DNA of 64,000 bases from an uncultured delta proteobacterium. GTDB taxonomy: Bacteria > Desulfobacterota > Desulfomonilia > UBA1062. The notes under the pieces are model-generated. The model had not been told where the DNA came from. It did no database searches and saw nothing but the letters and a program-made list of their open reading frames with translations. The stretch is from contig CAVVYZ010000006.1 in the NCBI GenBank assembly GCA_963752595.1, positions 11,756 through 75,755 on the forward strand, given 5' to 3'. Positions within the stretch are counted from its first letter, which is position 1, and every line of letters starts with the position of its first letter. Positions 28,969 through 42,721 of the stretch are shown one piece after another. A program made the translations under genes and the position numbers.

Positions 28969-29264
28969 TGGCCCAGCACTGCATCGGCCTTGTCGGAAAC
29001 GAGCTTGGCTGCGACATTGGCAGCGACCTCGGGCTTGCACTGATCGTCTTCCTTGAGGACTACCACTTTCCTCCCGAGGATCCCGCCCTTCGCATTGATA
29101 CCATCAACAACGAGCTTGGCCGCGTTGGCAGCAGGCAGGCCGTGTGATGCCAGATCCCCGCTGTGCGCCCCGGGCACCCCGAGCTTGATCGTGCCGGCGG
29201 CAAAGACCTCTCCGCTGCAGATAATGACGGATACCATAACCAATGAATAGACTATTCTTTTCAT
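28969..29264 (-). pseudogene. livK/livJ-type binding protein, 5' about 98 codons only
   Basis: Signal peptide, IKLGV.G.HSG, IN.KGG.LG, EDDQC.P..A, VLGH; the sequence then switches abruptly to livM. Confidence 0.8.
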
Positions 29265-29463
29265 CTCCTCCCCCTATGTTTGTAGTATACCTGTCCTCAC
29301 GAACTTAAACTTGCTCTGCAAGCCTGCCTAGAGTTATCGTTAAACGATCTTTTCTGTCAATTTATTACAATTCCTGATTGTCGGTGTACTACATCCTTAT
29401 ATCCGGACAGGTTGAATAAAGGCCTCATTATGGGAATAGGAATCAATCCTTACAGGCCTGGAT

Positions 29464-30420
29464 TCAGTACCATGGGCCGGGCCAGCGACTTCTCGGGGGC
29501 TGGGAGGCTCCATGCAGATCCTCCGGCAGAACGATCACTTCAGGGAAGCCTTTATCTTTGTCGTTTCCGGCATGTTCCAGGCGCATGAGCCTGTTGATGC
29601 GTTCCCTGGTATGGGGGTGAGTCCTCAGGATCGAAGGATAAGGATTGTTCTTCCCGGGAAGTCTGATGATGTCCCAGAAGGAATTTTCATAGGTATCCAT
29701 CTTCCATAATGCCGATGCGAGCCCTCTGGGATCATTGGTGAACCGGACCGCGGTGGCGTCGGCAACGAATTCTCTTGCCCGTGAAAGCGCAAGCTGCAGA
29801 AGAACGCTCAATGCCGGTGCGGTTATGAGGGCCAGGATAAAAAACAGCGGGACCTGCTCATCGGAGAAAAGGAAAACCGGTATATAGAAGACGATCAGAA
29901 GCTGCCCGATAAACGAGAACAGAGAGGTGATCCTCGTCATCATATCGGCATAGGTATGGAGCTTGAGGTCATTATTCTTGATATGGCTCATTTCGTGAGC
30001 GAGCACTCCGGTGATCTCCCGGGGGGTCAAGTCCCTGATGAGGCCGTCGGAGAGCGCAATGGCCGAATTCATCCTCGACCCCACACTGAAGGCATTCAGC
30101 AGCCTGCTCGCAACATAGTACAGCTTCGGCACGTTCCCAAGCTCCGCCCTTTTCGAGAGCTCTGATACTAACCTGTGCAGACCCGGCGACTCTTCATACG
30201 AGAGCCTCCGTGCACCGTACATGCGCAGGATCATCGGAGGAGTGAGCTTGGGCGTTGTCGCAAGCAAAAGCGCGACTGCTACCAGTGCCCAGATAAAACC
30301 GAGCATTCCGAAAACCATCCATCCGAGGAGGCCGAATAACCCGGCCATAACCCCGAGAATGATCGCGGTATGGAATATATTATGAAACCTTCCAGGTATT
30401 GCTCTTTGAGTACTGATCAT
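29464..30420 (-). CDS. htpX: M48 zinc metalloprotease HtpX
   Basis: [33 protein letters not shown]...RI. Confidence 0.88.
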   Translation of the reverse strand: MISTQRAIPGRFHNIFHTAIILGVMAGLFGLLGWMVFGMLGFIWALVAVALLLATTPKLTPPMILRMYGARRLSYEESPGLHRLVSELSKRAELGNVPKLYYVASRLLNAFSVGSRMNSAIALSDGLIRDLTPREITGVLAHEMSHIKNNDLKLHTYADMMTRITSLFSFIGQLLIVFYIPVFLFSDEQVPLFFILALITAPALSVLLQLALSRAREFVADATAVRFTNDPRGLASALWKMDTYENSFWDIIRLPGKNNPYPSILRTHPHTRERINRLMRLEHAGNDKDKGFPEVIVLPEDLHGASQPPRSRWPGPWY

Positions 30421-30667
30421 GGAATCCCCGAAATATGCATGCCTTACGATCTTTTTAGTGTTCGATGAAACAAAAGGCAACTGCCCCATGCCCTGCCCCT
30501 CCGGAGATGCATGCAAAAGAAGTGAATTTGCGAGGCTTGAAAACAAGGCAAGAAATTTGAAAAGGATTTACCCGCACTTCGGGGCAAAATCCACATTGCT
30601 AAAAAAGTGTATTTCATATAGAGACGGACTCGAACTGCACACGAATTCTACAACGAGGGCTGTATGG

Positions 30668-31762
30668 ATGGGAAAGGACCCGATAGTCCGCTTACGGAGG
30701 GTGACAAAAAGATTTGACGACGTGCTCGCCGTCGATTCTTTGGACCTTGACATCTATCAGGGGGAGTTTCTCACCCTGCTCGGCCCTTCCGGCTGCGGAA
30801 AAACAACGGTCCTGCGTCTCATTGCCGGTCTCGAGATCCCTCGACGGCGGGCGATATCGTCATGAACGGCCTTTCACTGGGCGGCACCCCGCCGAACAAG
30901 AGAAACGTCAACACCGTGTTCCAGAGCTATGCCCTTTTCCCCCACATGACGCGTCTTCGACAATATCGCCTTCGGCCTGAAGATGAAGCAGTTCGACAAG
31001 TCCGAATATCAGGGAGCAGGTTACAGAGGCCCTTTCGATCGTCAAGCTCGGGAGGACTTGAGATGCGCAAACCTCACCAGCTCTCCGGCGGCCAGCAGCA
31101 GCGGGTTGCCATGGCTCGGGCCATCGTCAACAAGCCGCAGGTCCTGCTCCTGGACGAACCCTCTAAGCGCTCTCGATTACCGGCTGCGCCAGGAGATGGA
31201 GATCGAGCTCAAGCACATTCACCGCAAGCTCGGCATTACCTTCGTGTTCGTGACCCATGACCAGGAAGAGGCGATCAGCATGTCCGACCGTATCGCGGTC
31301 ATGAACGAAGGCACGCATCGAGCAGATCGGGACTCCTACCAAGATCTACGAAGAGCCGGAAAACATGTTCGTTGCCAAGTTCGTTGGCGAGATCAACGTC
31401 TTCGAAGGCCGTATCATCGAGGTTCACAACGGCAGCGCTGTCGTCGACATCCATGGCCGGCCTTTCAAGGTCCAGAACAGGAAGAATTTCACGGCCGGCC
31501 AAAACGTAAAGGTGCTGCTCCGGCCCGAAGACATCATGGTAACCAAGGACGAGGAATCTTACAGGATAACGCACCTGCGCTTGCCGGAAAGATCGAGGAG
31601 GTCATCTACAAGGGCAAGACCGTAGACCTCATCATCAATCTCGATGCCGGCGAGACCGTTTTCGTCACGCAGTTCTTCAACGAAGACCAGGAAAATGTCG
31701 TCTACCGCCACGGGCACAAAATCCACATAGACTGGCCTTACGGCTGGGAAGTCGTCCTGTAG
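30668..31762 (+). CDS. potA: Spermidine/putrescine ABC ATPase PotA (several frameshifts)
   Basis: [41 protein letters not shown] spread across overlapping frames. Confidence 0.85.
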
Positions 31763-31764
31763 CC

Positions 31765-32632
31765 ATGGAAAGAAAGAGCCGCTTCAGGAACTTCGCCGTC
31801 GGCTCGACCTTATGTCTGGATCACCATCTTCGTCGTAATCCCCTATATCATCGTCGTAGCTGTACAGCTTCCTCACCCGGGACCCCCAGGAAATCGTAGC
31901 CTGGTATTTCACCCTGGAGAGCTACAGGCAGATCTTCTCGCCCGGTATTCCTCAAGGTGTGCAAGAATTCCTTCCTGCTGGCGCTGGGCACCACCGTGCT
32001 CACCCTTCTTTCCGCCTATCCGTTTGCATTTTTCCTGACGAGGATACGCGAGGATATCAGGCGGACCCTGATCCTCCTCATGATCATCCCCTTCTGGACC
32101 TCCTCGCTCATCCGGACCTATGCCCTCATCATCCTGCTCAAGGCAAACGGCATCGTGAACAATTTCCTGCTCTCCATGCGGGCGTGATCGATGAGCCCCT
32201 GAGCATCCTCTACACCCAGGTGGCGGTGTTCATCGGCCTGGTCTACACGCTGCTGCCCTTCATGATCCTGCCCCTGTACGCATCGATCCAGAAGCTCGAC
32301 ATGACGGCTCATCGAGGCTGCCCGCGACCTCGGCGCGACCTCGCGGCAGCATCTTCTTCCACATCATCCTGCCCCTGACCCTCCCGGGAATCATAGCAGG
32401 GAGCACCATGGTCTTCCTGCCGGCGCTCGGGCCTGTTCTACATCCCGGACCTCCTGGGCGGCGCACGGTCGATGCTCATCGGCAACTTCATCAAGGACCA
32501 GTTCCTCACCACCAGCAACTGGCCGCTCGGCTCAGCCGCCAGCGTCATCCTGACCCTCCTCATGTTCCTGCTCCTCGTCTGGTACTTCGTCAGCTCCCGA
32601 GCAGGGCCAACCAGGGCGCATGGGGGAGGTGA
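31765..32632 (+). CDS. potB: Polyamine ABC permease PotB (frameshifts)
   Basis: IPFWTSSLIRTYA, LPFMILPLY, IGN.I..QF....NWPLGSA. Confidence 0.85.
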
Positions 32633-32633
32633 G

Positions 32634-33406
32634 ATGAAACAGCTTTCAAGATCGTATACCTGGCCCTTCATCTATCTGTTTCTCTACATCCCCATCCTTG
32701 TCCTGGTCATCTATTCCTTCAACAATACCCGGTTCTCCACGAACTGGCAGGGATTCACCCTGACCTGGTACGGAAAACTCTTCACCGACGGGCCGCTCAT
32801 GGAGGCGTTTGCCAATTCACTCATCATCGCTTTCTCATCGAGCACCATCGCGACCATCCTGGGCACCCTGCGCGGCCTTTGCCTTCTACCGCTACCGGTT
32901 CATCGGCCGGAAGGTCATGTACTCCTTTATCTACGTGGTCATGATGAGCCCGGATATCGTCATGGGCATCTCGCTCCTCATGTTTTTCATCACCTTGGGT
33001 TTAAGTACCGGGGCGATGACGCTGCTTCTGGCCCACATCACCTTCTGCCTGCCGTTCGTGGTGGTGACGGTCTATGCCCGCATCAGCGGCTTCGACAGGA
33101 ACATCATCGACGTTGCCAAGGACCTGGGTGCGAACGAGCTCAGCATGTTCCGGCACGTCGTGATGCCCATGCTCATGCCTGCCATCATTGCCGGATGGCT
33201 TCTCAGCTTCACGCTTTCCATGGATGACGTGGTCGTAAGCTTCTTCACCACCGGCCCGTCGTTCGAGGTTCTGCCGCTCAAGATCTATTCCATGGTACAG
33301 TCTCGGGATCAAGCCGGAGATCAATGCGCTGAGTGCGGTGATGTTCCTGGTATCACTGATCACGGTAACCATTGCCCATCTTTTGATTGCGAAGGAGAAC
33401 AGGTAG
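32634..33406 (+). CDS. potC: Polyamine ABC permease PotC (frameshifts)
   Basis: FLYIPI.VL.IYSFN, SPDIVMG, AHITF.LPFV, SFTLSMDD. Confidence 0.85.
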
Positions 33407-34440
33407 ATGAAAAAAGTGTTTCTTGTCGCTTTTGGCTATTTTTTTCCTCTTGCAGCCTTTGCTGCAAGAAACGAGGTCTATGTCTTCAACTGGTCCGAGT
33501 ATATCGATCCGTCCGTGCTCAAGAACAGTTCAGAAGGAGACGGGGATCAAGGTGAGATACTCCACCTATGAAAGCAACGAGGCCATGTTCGCGAAGCTCA
33601 AGATCGTGAAGAAAGCGGGATACGACGTGGTTTTCCCCTCTACCTACTTCGTGGAGAGGATGCGGCAAGATGGGCATGCTCAAGCCCCTCGACAGGAGCC
33701 ATGCTTCCCAACATGAAGAACCTCAACCCCCAGCTCCTGAACAAGCCCTATGACCCGAACAACGTCTACAGCGTGCCGTACATGTGGGGCTCCTCCGCCA
33801 TCGGCGTCAATGCGAAGTACGTCAAGCCGTCTTCCATCACGAGCTGGAACGACCTGTGGAATCCTGCCTTCAAGGGCAAGGTCCTGCTCATGGACGACGT
33901 GCGGGACGTGTTCGCCATGTCGCTGCGGTCGCTGGGTTATTCGGGCAACGACACCAACCCGGAGCACATCAAGGCAGCCTATCAGAAGCTCCTCAAGCTC
34001 AAGCCCAGCGTCAAGGTCTTCAATTCCGACTCGCCCAAGCAGCCGTTCCTCAACAACGAGGTCTACATCGGCCAGATCTGGGGCGGAGAGGTCTACCAGG
34101 CCGGCAAGGAAAACCCGAATATCGTCTACATCTATCCCAGGGAAGGCGCCACCTTCTGGGTCGACAGCATGGTCATCCCCACATCGGTGCGGAACATCAG
34201 AGAACGCCCATGCCTTCATCAATTTCATGCTCAGGCCCGACATCGCCAAGAAAAACTGCGAGTACGTGGGCTATGCAACGGCCAACCTCAAGGCCCAGGC
34301 CATGCTCGACGCCAAAGACCCGGAACCACAAGGCCGTCTATCCGGACGCCAGGGACCTTGACAAGGGCGAATTCCAGTCGGACGTGGGCGATGCCATCAT
34401 CATCTATGAGAAGTACTGGGAGATGCTGAAGACCCGTTAA
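33407..34440 (+). CDS. potD: Polyamine-binding protein PotD (frameshifts)
   Basis: [42 protein letters not shown]. Confidence 0.85.
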
Positions 34441-34620
34441 GTCAAAAGGTGCGCCAAATGCCGATTCCTGCCGACGGGCAGAACCGCTATTCATTAATTT
34501 TCAGGGAAGGCCCGGAAACATGCAAACCCGCCGTGCAAAACCAGGAGTCCTGCCATTCATTAAAGTATAATATCCTTAACTACAGAATTGATTTGCGTTG
34601 AATTTTTCGCGAATCTCTTC

Positions 34621-34649
34621 TTGACATAGTGCCTTATCTATCATATAGA
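34621..34649 (+). promoter_or_regulatory. Sigma70 promoter
   Basis: TTGACA-17 bp-TATAGA upstream of the XRE regulator. Confidence 0.65.
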
Positions 34650-34657
34650 ACCCCATC

Positions 34658-34679
34658 AAAGTTTATTATTGTAAACTTT
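34658..34679. promoter_or_regulatory. Palindromic operator candidate
   Basis: AAAGTTTA-N6-TAAACTTT perfect inverted repeat just downstream of the promoter. Confidence 0.6.
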
Positions 34680-34744
34680 AAGGTATACATTTTAAGATTA
34701 CGATGTAAACAACAGATCATACTATAGTATAACAGGAGGACAGC

Positions 34745-35288
34745 TTGAAGATCGGCGAAAAAATAAAAAATCTCCGCCTCGCTCAGGAGTTGACCCAGGA
34801 GGATCTCGCAACCAGGGCGGACCTCACGAAGGGTTTTATATCCCTGCTCGAAAGGGATCTCCAGACGCCGTCCCTCGATACCCTCGAGCTGATCCTCAAT
34901 GCCCTCGACACGACTCTGGCGGAGTTTTTTGCCGAAAAAGGCCCGGATATCGTTGTCTTCAAGGCTCCTCAGCGGGTCATTATCGAGGACGAGGACGAGC
35001 CGGGCGTGATACAGGGAGGTCCTTATTCCCGGGGCCCAGGGCAGGGAGATGGATATTCTGCTGGTGACATTGCAGCCGGGGGCGATAACGTTCAAGGAAA
35101 AGTCGCACTACGGAGATGAATGCGGCCTGGTCCGGGAGGGGCAGATCGTAATCAACCTGGGCAAGGACACCTTCAAGGCGTCCAAAGGCGATGCCTTCTA
35201 TTATACGGCGGACAAGAAGCACTGGATAGAGAACAGGTCAAAGGGGAGGGCGCAGATCCTCTGGATCTCCGCTCCTCCGAGCTTTTAA
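34745..35288 (+). CDS. XRE-HTH plus cupin transcriptional regulator (PuuR-like; frameshift)
   Basis: IGEKIKNLR...LTQEDLA.RADLTKGFIS.LERD...PS; cupin H.G.E.G.V..G, GDAFYY.A...H. Confidence 0.85.
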
Positions 35289-35335
35289 GAAACTGAAATA
35301 CAAGCATATTGCATCTGTGCAAAGGGGGAGAACAC

Positions 35336-35804
35336 ATGATTTTCAAGACACCGACAACCTATTACATTACATCTGGTTCTTCCGAGGGCTTCACCGTCCT
35401 GAATGCCTTTGATGGTGCCCTCATGGCTGCCGGCATCGGCAATACGAACCTCGTAAAGATGAGCAGCATCTGCCCCCCGCACACGAAAGAGGTCGATTCC
35501 GTAACGCTGCCCCACGGGGCGCTGGTGCCTGTCGCATATGCTTCGATCACGTCCGAGAAACCGGGCCAGGTCATTGCGGCGGGCGTAGCAATCGCTTTTC
35601 CCGATGATGAAGACCATGCAGGCCTCATCATGGAGTATTCAGCCGAGGACACAAAGAGGCCTGTTGAGGCCAAGGTCAGGAAGATGGCGGAAGAAGGCAT
35701 GAAGATGCGCGGCAAGTCTATCCGCGAGATCAAAGAGCATCGCCGTTGAGCACGTCGTGAAGGAATGCGGCGCAGCATTTGCCGCCGTGGTGCTCTGGGA
35801 CTGA
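35336..35804 (+). CDS. pdaD: Pyruvoyl-dependent arginine decarboxylase (late frameshift)
   Basis: [20 protein letters not shown] (Ser-Ser cleavage site), [15 protein letters not shown]. Confidence 0.88.
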
Positions 35805-35888
35805 TCCGTGAGCAAAATACGGTGCAAAGTGCAGGCCTCTGATTTTCAGGGCCTGTTTTGCATTGCCCCCTTTTGTCGGAAACGCATT

Positions 35889-36711
35889 ATGAGCATATAC
35901 ATGTCTTCCAGAGACCGAAGGCAGGATCTGCCTGTTCGGCGCGCCGTTCGATTCCACCACGAGCTTCCGGCCCGGCTCGCGTTTCGGTCCCGCCGCAATC
36001 CGCGAGGCCTCCTACGGGCTCGAAACCTTCTCCCCTGCCTCAAAACGCCGACCTCGAGGACTGCTCCTTCATGGATATGGGTGATCTGGAGCTGCCTTTC
36101 GGCGACCCGAACCCTGCCCTCGTCACTCGTTGAGAAAGACCGCGGCCGAAATCCTGTCTTTGAAAAGGGTCCCGTTTATGCTGGGCGGGGAGCACCTGGT
36201 GAGCCTGGGAGCCATCCGTGCCGCTGCAAAGGCGTACCCTGGACTTGCAGTCATCCACCTGGATGCCCACGCCGACCTGCGGGAAGACTACCTCGGCATG
36301 AAGCTCTCCCACGCCACGGTCATGAGGAGGGTCTATGACCTCCTGGGGCATGAATCCATCCGCCAGATCGGCATCAGGTCGTGCACGCGGGAGGAGTTTA
36401 CCCTGGTGAGCAGCTTAACTGCCTTCCCGACGACGTCGCAGCTGAAGATCGGAGAAAAGCCCTGCTATCTCACCTGCGACCTCGATATCCTCGACCCGTC
36501 CGTCCTGCCCGGCACAGGGACGCCCGAGCCCGGCGGACTCATGTTCAATGAGCTCGTCGCGATCCTGGTCTCGCTCATAACCAGGCTCCACATCGTGGGC
36601 TTGACGTTGTGGAGCTCGCTCCGCAGCTCGACCTCACGGGCGTCTCCGGCATCGTAGCGGCAAAGGTGGTGCGGGAGTGCCTCGATAGCGCTCGGCAGCG
36701 GGGATACGTGA
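35889..36711 (+). CDS. speB: Agmatinase (frameshifts; end approximate)
   Basis: GAPFD.TTSFRPG.RFGP.AIR, LGGEH, HLDAHAD, SHAT, DLDILDP...PGTGTPEPGG. Confidence 0.88.
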
Positions 36712-36767
36712 CAGAATCAAGGAATGGATTCGTTTTTTTATAAATCAGGGATGACAGGAGTTGAACC

Positions 36768-37976
<1,209 letters not shown>

Positions 37977-37980
<4 letters not shown>

Positions 37981-39148
37981 GCACGGCTCTGCCGCCCGCT
38001 TCTCCAAGCGGCACTCCCGAGGATATCGACCCCGGCCTATGTGGTCGACATGGCGGTCCTGAAGAAGAACCTGGCGAACGCCGCGCGCATCCGCGCGAGG
38101 CCGGCTGCCGGATGCTCCTGGCAACCAAGGCGTTTGCTATGCCCGCCGTGTTCCCGCTGATGCGGGAGTTGCTCGACGGCACGACCGCGAGCGGCCAATA
38201 TGAGGCGCGTCTGGGCAGGGAGGAGTTCGGCAAGGAGGTGCACGTCTATGCGCCTGCCTATACGGAAAGCACGCATCGCGAGCTGCTGCGCATCGCCGAC
38301 CACATCTATTTCAATTCCGCGACCAGATCCGCGCGCTTCCTCCCCGCTGTGAAGAGCGCCGGAAAAGACAAGAAAGTCGGCATCCGCATCAATCCCGGCT
38401 ATTCGAATGCGACGCTGGGCGGCGAGCTCTACGACCCCTGCTCGCCGTGCTCCCGCTTCGGCGTCGTCCGTGCACGAGCTTGACAAGCTCCCGTGGGACG
38501 AGATCGACATCCTCCACGTCCACGCCTTGTGCGAGTCCCTTGCCGACGGCTCGGTCGGCCTCATCGAGCCATGTGGCGCAAGGAGTTCGGCCCTTACATC
38601 AGGCGCGTCAAGGCGGTGAACTTCGGCGGCGGGCATTTCATCAACAAGGCCGGGATATGACGTCGGATGCCTCATCGCGGCCATCAAGGATTTCCGCGCC
38701 GAGTTCGGCGTCGAGGTCATCCTGGAGCCCGGGAGCGGGATCGTGGTCGACGCCGGCTATCTGGTCGCGACCGTGCTCGATATCGTCCACAACGAGAAGG
38801 ACATCGCCATCCTCGACGCCTCGGCCTCCTGCCACATGCCGGACGTGCTGGAGGTGCCGTACACGCCGCCGCTCTTCGGCGCCGCCGAGCCGGGCGTTCA
38901 TCCCCACACCTATATTCTCGGCGGCAAGACCTGCATGACCGGCGACATCATCGGCGAGTACTCGTTCCTCGAGCCCCTGAAGACCGGGAGACCGGCTCGT
39001 CTTCGGCGACATGATCCAGTACAGCTTCGTGAAGAACAATACCTTCAACGGCACGCCTTTGCCCGACCTCGCCCTGCTGCACGAAGACGGCCGCTACGAG
39101 GTCGTGCGGCGGTTCGGGTACGACGACTTCAAAGGCCGACTTGGTTGA
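37977..39148 (+). CDS. nspC: Carboxy(nor)spermidine decarboxylase (frameshifts)
   Basis: LLATKAF, GIRINP, YDPC.P.SRFG, HALCE, NFGGGH, LEPG, HMPDVLE.PY, YSFVK.NTFNG. Confidence 0.9.
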
Positions 39149-39226
39149 TCAGCGTATACGTTGTCTCTTATTCAATTATTGACAAGTTCACCCGGACGAT
39201 GACATACGACTATGAGGAGGACTGCC

Positions 39227-39394
39227 ATGCCAATCGATAAACAACTGCTCGAAATCCTTGCCTGTCCGAAGTGCAAGGGAAGCCTTGTACTGGAAGAAGA
39301 CAGCAGCGCGTTGATCTGCAATTCCTGCAAGCTCAGGTACCGCATCGAAGACGATATACCCATCATGCTCATCGACGAAGCAACGCCTTTATAA
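39227..39394 (+). CDS. Trm112/YcaR family protein
   Basis: LLEILACPKCKG.L, C..C.L.Y.IEDDIPIMLIDEA. Confidence 0.92.
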   Translation: MPIDKQLLEILACPKCKGSLVLEEDSSALICNSCKLRYRIEDDIPIMLIDEATPL

Positions 39395-39396
39395 TC

Positions 39397-40200
39397 ATGA
39401 ACCAGGAACAATCTGCTGCCGGGCATCTCTCATCCATTGCCGAGCCTGCAGAGGTTGCCGTTATCCTCGGCACCGGCCTCGGCATCATGGAACAATCCAT
39501 AGCCGTTGAAAAGGCAGTGAACTACCGGGATATCCCCGGGTTTCCGGTTTCATCGGTCAAGGGCCACTCAGGCAGGCTCCTTTTCGGCACCCTGGGAAAG
39601 GCCCGCGTGGTGGTCATGAGCGGGAGGTTCCACCTCTACGAGGGATACTCTGCCAGAGAAGTCACCTTCCCCATCAGGGTCTTTTCCCGCATGGGCATCC
39701 GCAAGCTCTTTATCTCCAATGCCGCGGGAGGACTGCGGAAGGATCTGGTCCCGGGCAGCGCCATGCTCATCACCGACCACATGAACCTGACCTTCCGGAA
39801 CCCCCTTATCGGTCCCAATGACGACACGCTCGGTCCCCGGTTCCCGATCATGACCGAGCCTTATGCAAACTCCCTGCTCCGGAAGGCTCGGGAGACAGCC
39901 AAGGCAGAAGGGATCGACCTGAAAGAAGGGGTGTATGCCCAGATCCCCGGGCCTTCCCTGGAGACTGCTGCTGAAACGAGGATGCTTCAGAGGCTCGGCG
40001 CGGATGCCGTAGGTATGTCAACCGTGATGGAGGTCATCCAGGCAGTCCATTGCGGCATGGGAGTGCTGGCAATCTCGGCCGTTACCAATCAGAACGATCC
40101 GGACCACTACATCCCCACTTCCCTGGAAGATGTCATTGCCATGGCCGGAAAGGCAGGCCCCAAAATGGTCAAGGTTTTTTCAGGCGTCCTTGAAGGATGA
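39397..40200 (+). CDS. punA: Purine nucleoside phosphorylase (trimeric type)
   Basis: ILGTGLG, GH.G, GRFHLYEG, NAAGG, GP.LET.AE, DAVGMST. Confidence 0.92.
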   Translation: MNQEQSAAGHLSSIAEPAEVAVILGTGLGIMEQSIAVEKAVNYRDIPGFPVSSVKGHSGRLLFGTLGKARVVVMSGRFHLYEGYSAREVTFPIRVFSRMGIRKLFISNAAGGLRKDLVPGSAMLITDHMNLTFRNPLIGPNDDTLGPRFPIMTEPYANSLLRKARETAKAEGIDLKEGVYAQIPGPSLETAAETRMLQRLGADAVGMSTVMEVIQAVHCGMGVLAISAVTNQNDPDHYIPTSLEDVIAMAGKAGPKMVKVFSGVLEG

Positions 40201-40262
40201 CGGCCTGAAAAAACCTTGACCTATCGCTTCTGAAGGCTTCTGCCGGATGTAAAGCCCGGCTT

Positions 40263-42710
40263 TCAGGGGGCTATACGAGCCTCTCCCCTGCTTGCCTGTT
40301 TCTTCACACTTGTCCGCTTCGGAGTCGGCGGCTTTGCGCCTCCGCCTTTTTCTTCGACAAATACCAGCTTGAGCACATCATCCATGGAGCTGACCGGGTG
40401 GAACGTAACCTTGTTCTTGACGACCTGAGGAATATCCTCCAGGTCTTTCTCGTTCTCCTTGGGGATGATAATTTCGAAGATCTTGTTCCTGTGGGCTGCC
40501 AATGCCTTTTCCTTCAGCCCGCCGATGGGAAGCACCTTGCCGCGGAGCGTGATCTCGCCCGTCATGGCGATGTCCTTCCTGACGGCCTTGTTCGTCAACG
40601 CGGAGATGACCGCAGTCGCCATGGTTATGCCCGCTGAAGGACCGTCCTTGGGGATGGCCCCTGCCGGCACATGGATATGTACGTCGTTTTCCCTGGTGAA
40701 GCTCGAGGATATACCCAGTTTCTCAGCCCTTGACCTGGCATAGGTAAGACCCGCCTGGGCTGATTCCTTCATGACGTCTCCGAGCTGACCGGTGAGGACC
40801 AGAGCGCCTCCCTTGCCGTCCTGTCCGGGCAGCACCGAGGTCTCGATATAGAGGATCTCGCCGCCGTACTGCGTCCAGGCAAGGCCCGTTGCAACGCCCA
40901 CCTCATGCTCGGTGCGCTCCTGCTCGGGCAGATACTTTTGAACTCCGAGGTACGAAGAAACGCTGCCCGCAGAAATCCGGTAAACATTCTTACGCTTGGC
41001 TTCCTTCTCTGCAATGTCGCGGGCTACCTTGCGGCAGATGGAGCCGATCTCTCTTTCGAGGTTCCTGACTCCGGCCTCTTTCGTATAATGGTTGATAAGA
41101 TCGAGGATCGCTTCGTCCGAAAACTTGACATCCTCCATTTTCATCCCGTTCTCCGTCACCTGCCGCTTGACGAGATATCGTTTGGCGATCTGGAGCTTCT
41201 CCTGATCGGTGTAGCCGGGGAGCTCGATGATCTCCATCCTGTCCTTGAGCGGGCCGGGAATGGGGTCCATGAGGTTTGCCGTGGTGATGAACATGACCCT
41301 GGAGAGGTCAAAGGGCACGTTGAGGTAGTGATCCTGGAACGAGAAGTTCTGCTCGGGGTCCAAGACCTCCAGGAGTGCGGAAGACGGATCGCCGCGATAG
41401 TCCTGCCCGATCTTATCCACCTCGTCGATCATGAACACCGGGTTATTGGATCCTGCCTGTTTGATGCCCTGGACGATCCTGCCGGGCATTGCACCGATAT
41501 AGGTGCGCCTGTGGCCCCTGATCTCGGCTTCGTCCCGGACGCCTCCGATGGAGAGCCGGTAGAACTCTCTGCCCAGCGCCCTGGCAATGGACCTTCCCAG
41601 CGAAGTCTTTCCCACGCCCGGAGGCCCCACAAAGCAAAGAATGGCGCCTTTTTTGTTCGGGTTGAGCTTTCTGACCGCCAGATACTCCAATATCCGCTGC
41701 TTTATCTTTTCAAGGCCGTAATGGTCCTCATCGAGGATCTTCGCAGCCTTTTTGATATCGAGGCTGTCCGGGGTGGAATGGCCCCACGGAAGATCGGTCA
41801 TCCAGTCGAGATAGGTCCTGATGATATTGGCCTCGGCGGAATCCTGGTGCATCATCTTCAGCCGTTCGAGCTGCTTCGCGGCCTCTTTCTTCACCTCTTC
41901 GGGCATACCGACCTTGTCGATCTTCAGCTGGTAGTCCTCCATCTCCTTGCCCTTTTCGTCCACCTCGCCGAGTTCCTGCTGGATTGCCCGCAGCTGTTCT
42001 CGCAGGAAGTATTCGCGCTGGGTCTTGCTCATCTCTTCCTTTGCCTGGGACTGAATCCTGGCCTGAACCTCGGAGAGCTCCATCTCCTTGGAAAGGAGCC
42101 CGTTGACATGCTTGAGCCGCTCGATGGGATCAATGATCTCCAGCACATGCTGGGACTCTTCCACCTTGAGCCTTAAGTTGGATGCCACCAGGTCGGCAAG
42201 CCTGCCCGGGTCGTCGATGGCCTCGAGGATGGAGAGCGCATCCGGAGATACGATTCCCCTCAGCTGCAGAATCCGCTCGGACTGTTCCTTGACCGAACGC
42301 ATCATTGCCTCGACCTCGACCGTAACTTCCTTGATTTCGGGCTCTTCGATCTTCTCTATATCGACGGTATAAAACCCGCGGTCATCCTTGTAGAGCTTCA
42401 GGACCCTCGCCTTCGCAACACCCTGGACCAGGATCTTGACCCTGCCGTCCGGGAGCTTGAGCATCCTGATAACCATGGCCACGGTGCCGACGGTATAGAT
42501 CTGATCTTCCTCCGGCTCCTCGACCGTGGAGTCTTTCTGCGCGGCAAGGAAGATGTACCTGTCCTTGTTCAAGGCCTCGTCTACCGCTTTTATGGACAAT
42601 CCCCTGCCCACGAACAACGGCAGGATCATATATGGATATATCACCACGTCTCTGATGGGGAGTAATGGGATATTAGTAGGGATATCGATTGCTTGTTTTT
42701 CGTTCTCCAT
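40263..42710 (-). CDS. lon: Lon protease
   Basis: [35 protein letters not shown]. Confidence 0.97.
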   Translation of the reverse strand: MENEKQAIDIPTNIPLLPIRDVVIYPYMILPLFVGRGLSIKAVDEALNKDRYIFLAAQKDSTVEEPEEDQIYTVGTVAMVIRMLKLPDGRVKILVQGVAKARVLKLYKDDRGFYTVDIEKIEEPEIKEVTVEVEAMMRSVKEQSERILQLRGIVSPDALSILEAIDDPGRLADLVASNLRLKVEESQHVLEIIDPIERLKHVNGLLSKEMELSEVQARIQSQAKEEMSKTQREYFLREQLRAIQQELGEVDEKGKEMEDYQLKIDKVGMPEEVKKEAAKQLERLKMMHQDSAEANIIRTYLDWMTDLPWGHSTPDSLDIKKAAKILDEDHYGLEKIKQRILEYLAVRKLNPNKKGAILCFVGPPGVGKTSLGRSIARALGREFYRLSIGGVRDEAEIRGHRRTYIGAMPGRIVQGIKQAGSNNPVFMIDEVDKIGQDYRGDPSSALLEVLDPEQNFSFQDHYLNVPFDLSRVMFITTANLMDPIPGPLKDRMEIIELPGYTDQEKLQIAKRYLVKRQVTENGMKMEDVKFSDEAILDLINHYTKEAGVRNLEREIGSICRKVARDIAEKEAKRKNVYRISAGSVSSYLGVQKYLPEQERTEHEVGVATGLAWTQYGGEILYIETSVLPGQDGKGGALVLTGQLGDVMKESAQAGLTYARSRAEKLGISSSFTRENDVHIHVPAGAIPKDGPSAGITMATAVISALTNKAVRKDIAMTGEITLRGKVLPIGGLKEKALAAHRNKIFEIIIPKENEKDLEDIPQVVKNKVTFHPVSSMDDVLKLVFVEEKGGGAKPPTPKRTSVKKQASRGEARIAP

Positions 42711-42721
42711 TCACTGGACTC

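Noticed and set aside
34444-34558. Cobalamin-riboswitch-like words (AAAGGTGC, GGGAAGG, ACCAGGAGTCCTGCCA) after potD
   Set aside because: The core GGGAA-GGTG-AATCC-GCCCCCGC-ACTGT elements are missing and the downstream genes are not B12-related. An Infernal search with the Rfam cobalamin models would decide.
40905-42176. 423-aa plus-strand ORF
   Set aside because: Antisense shadow of lon.
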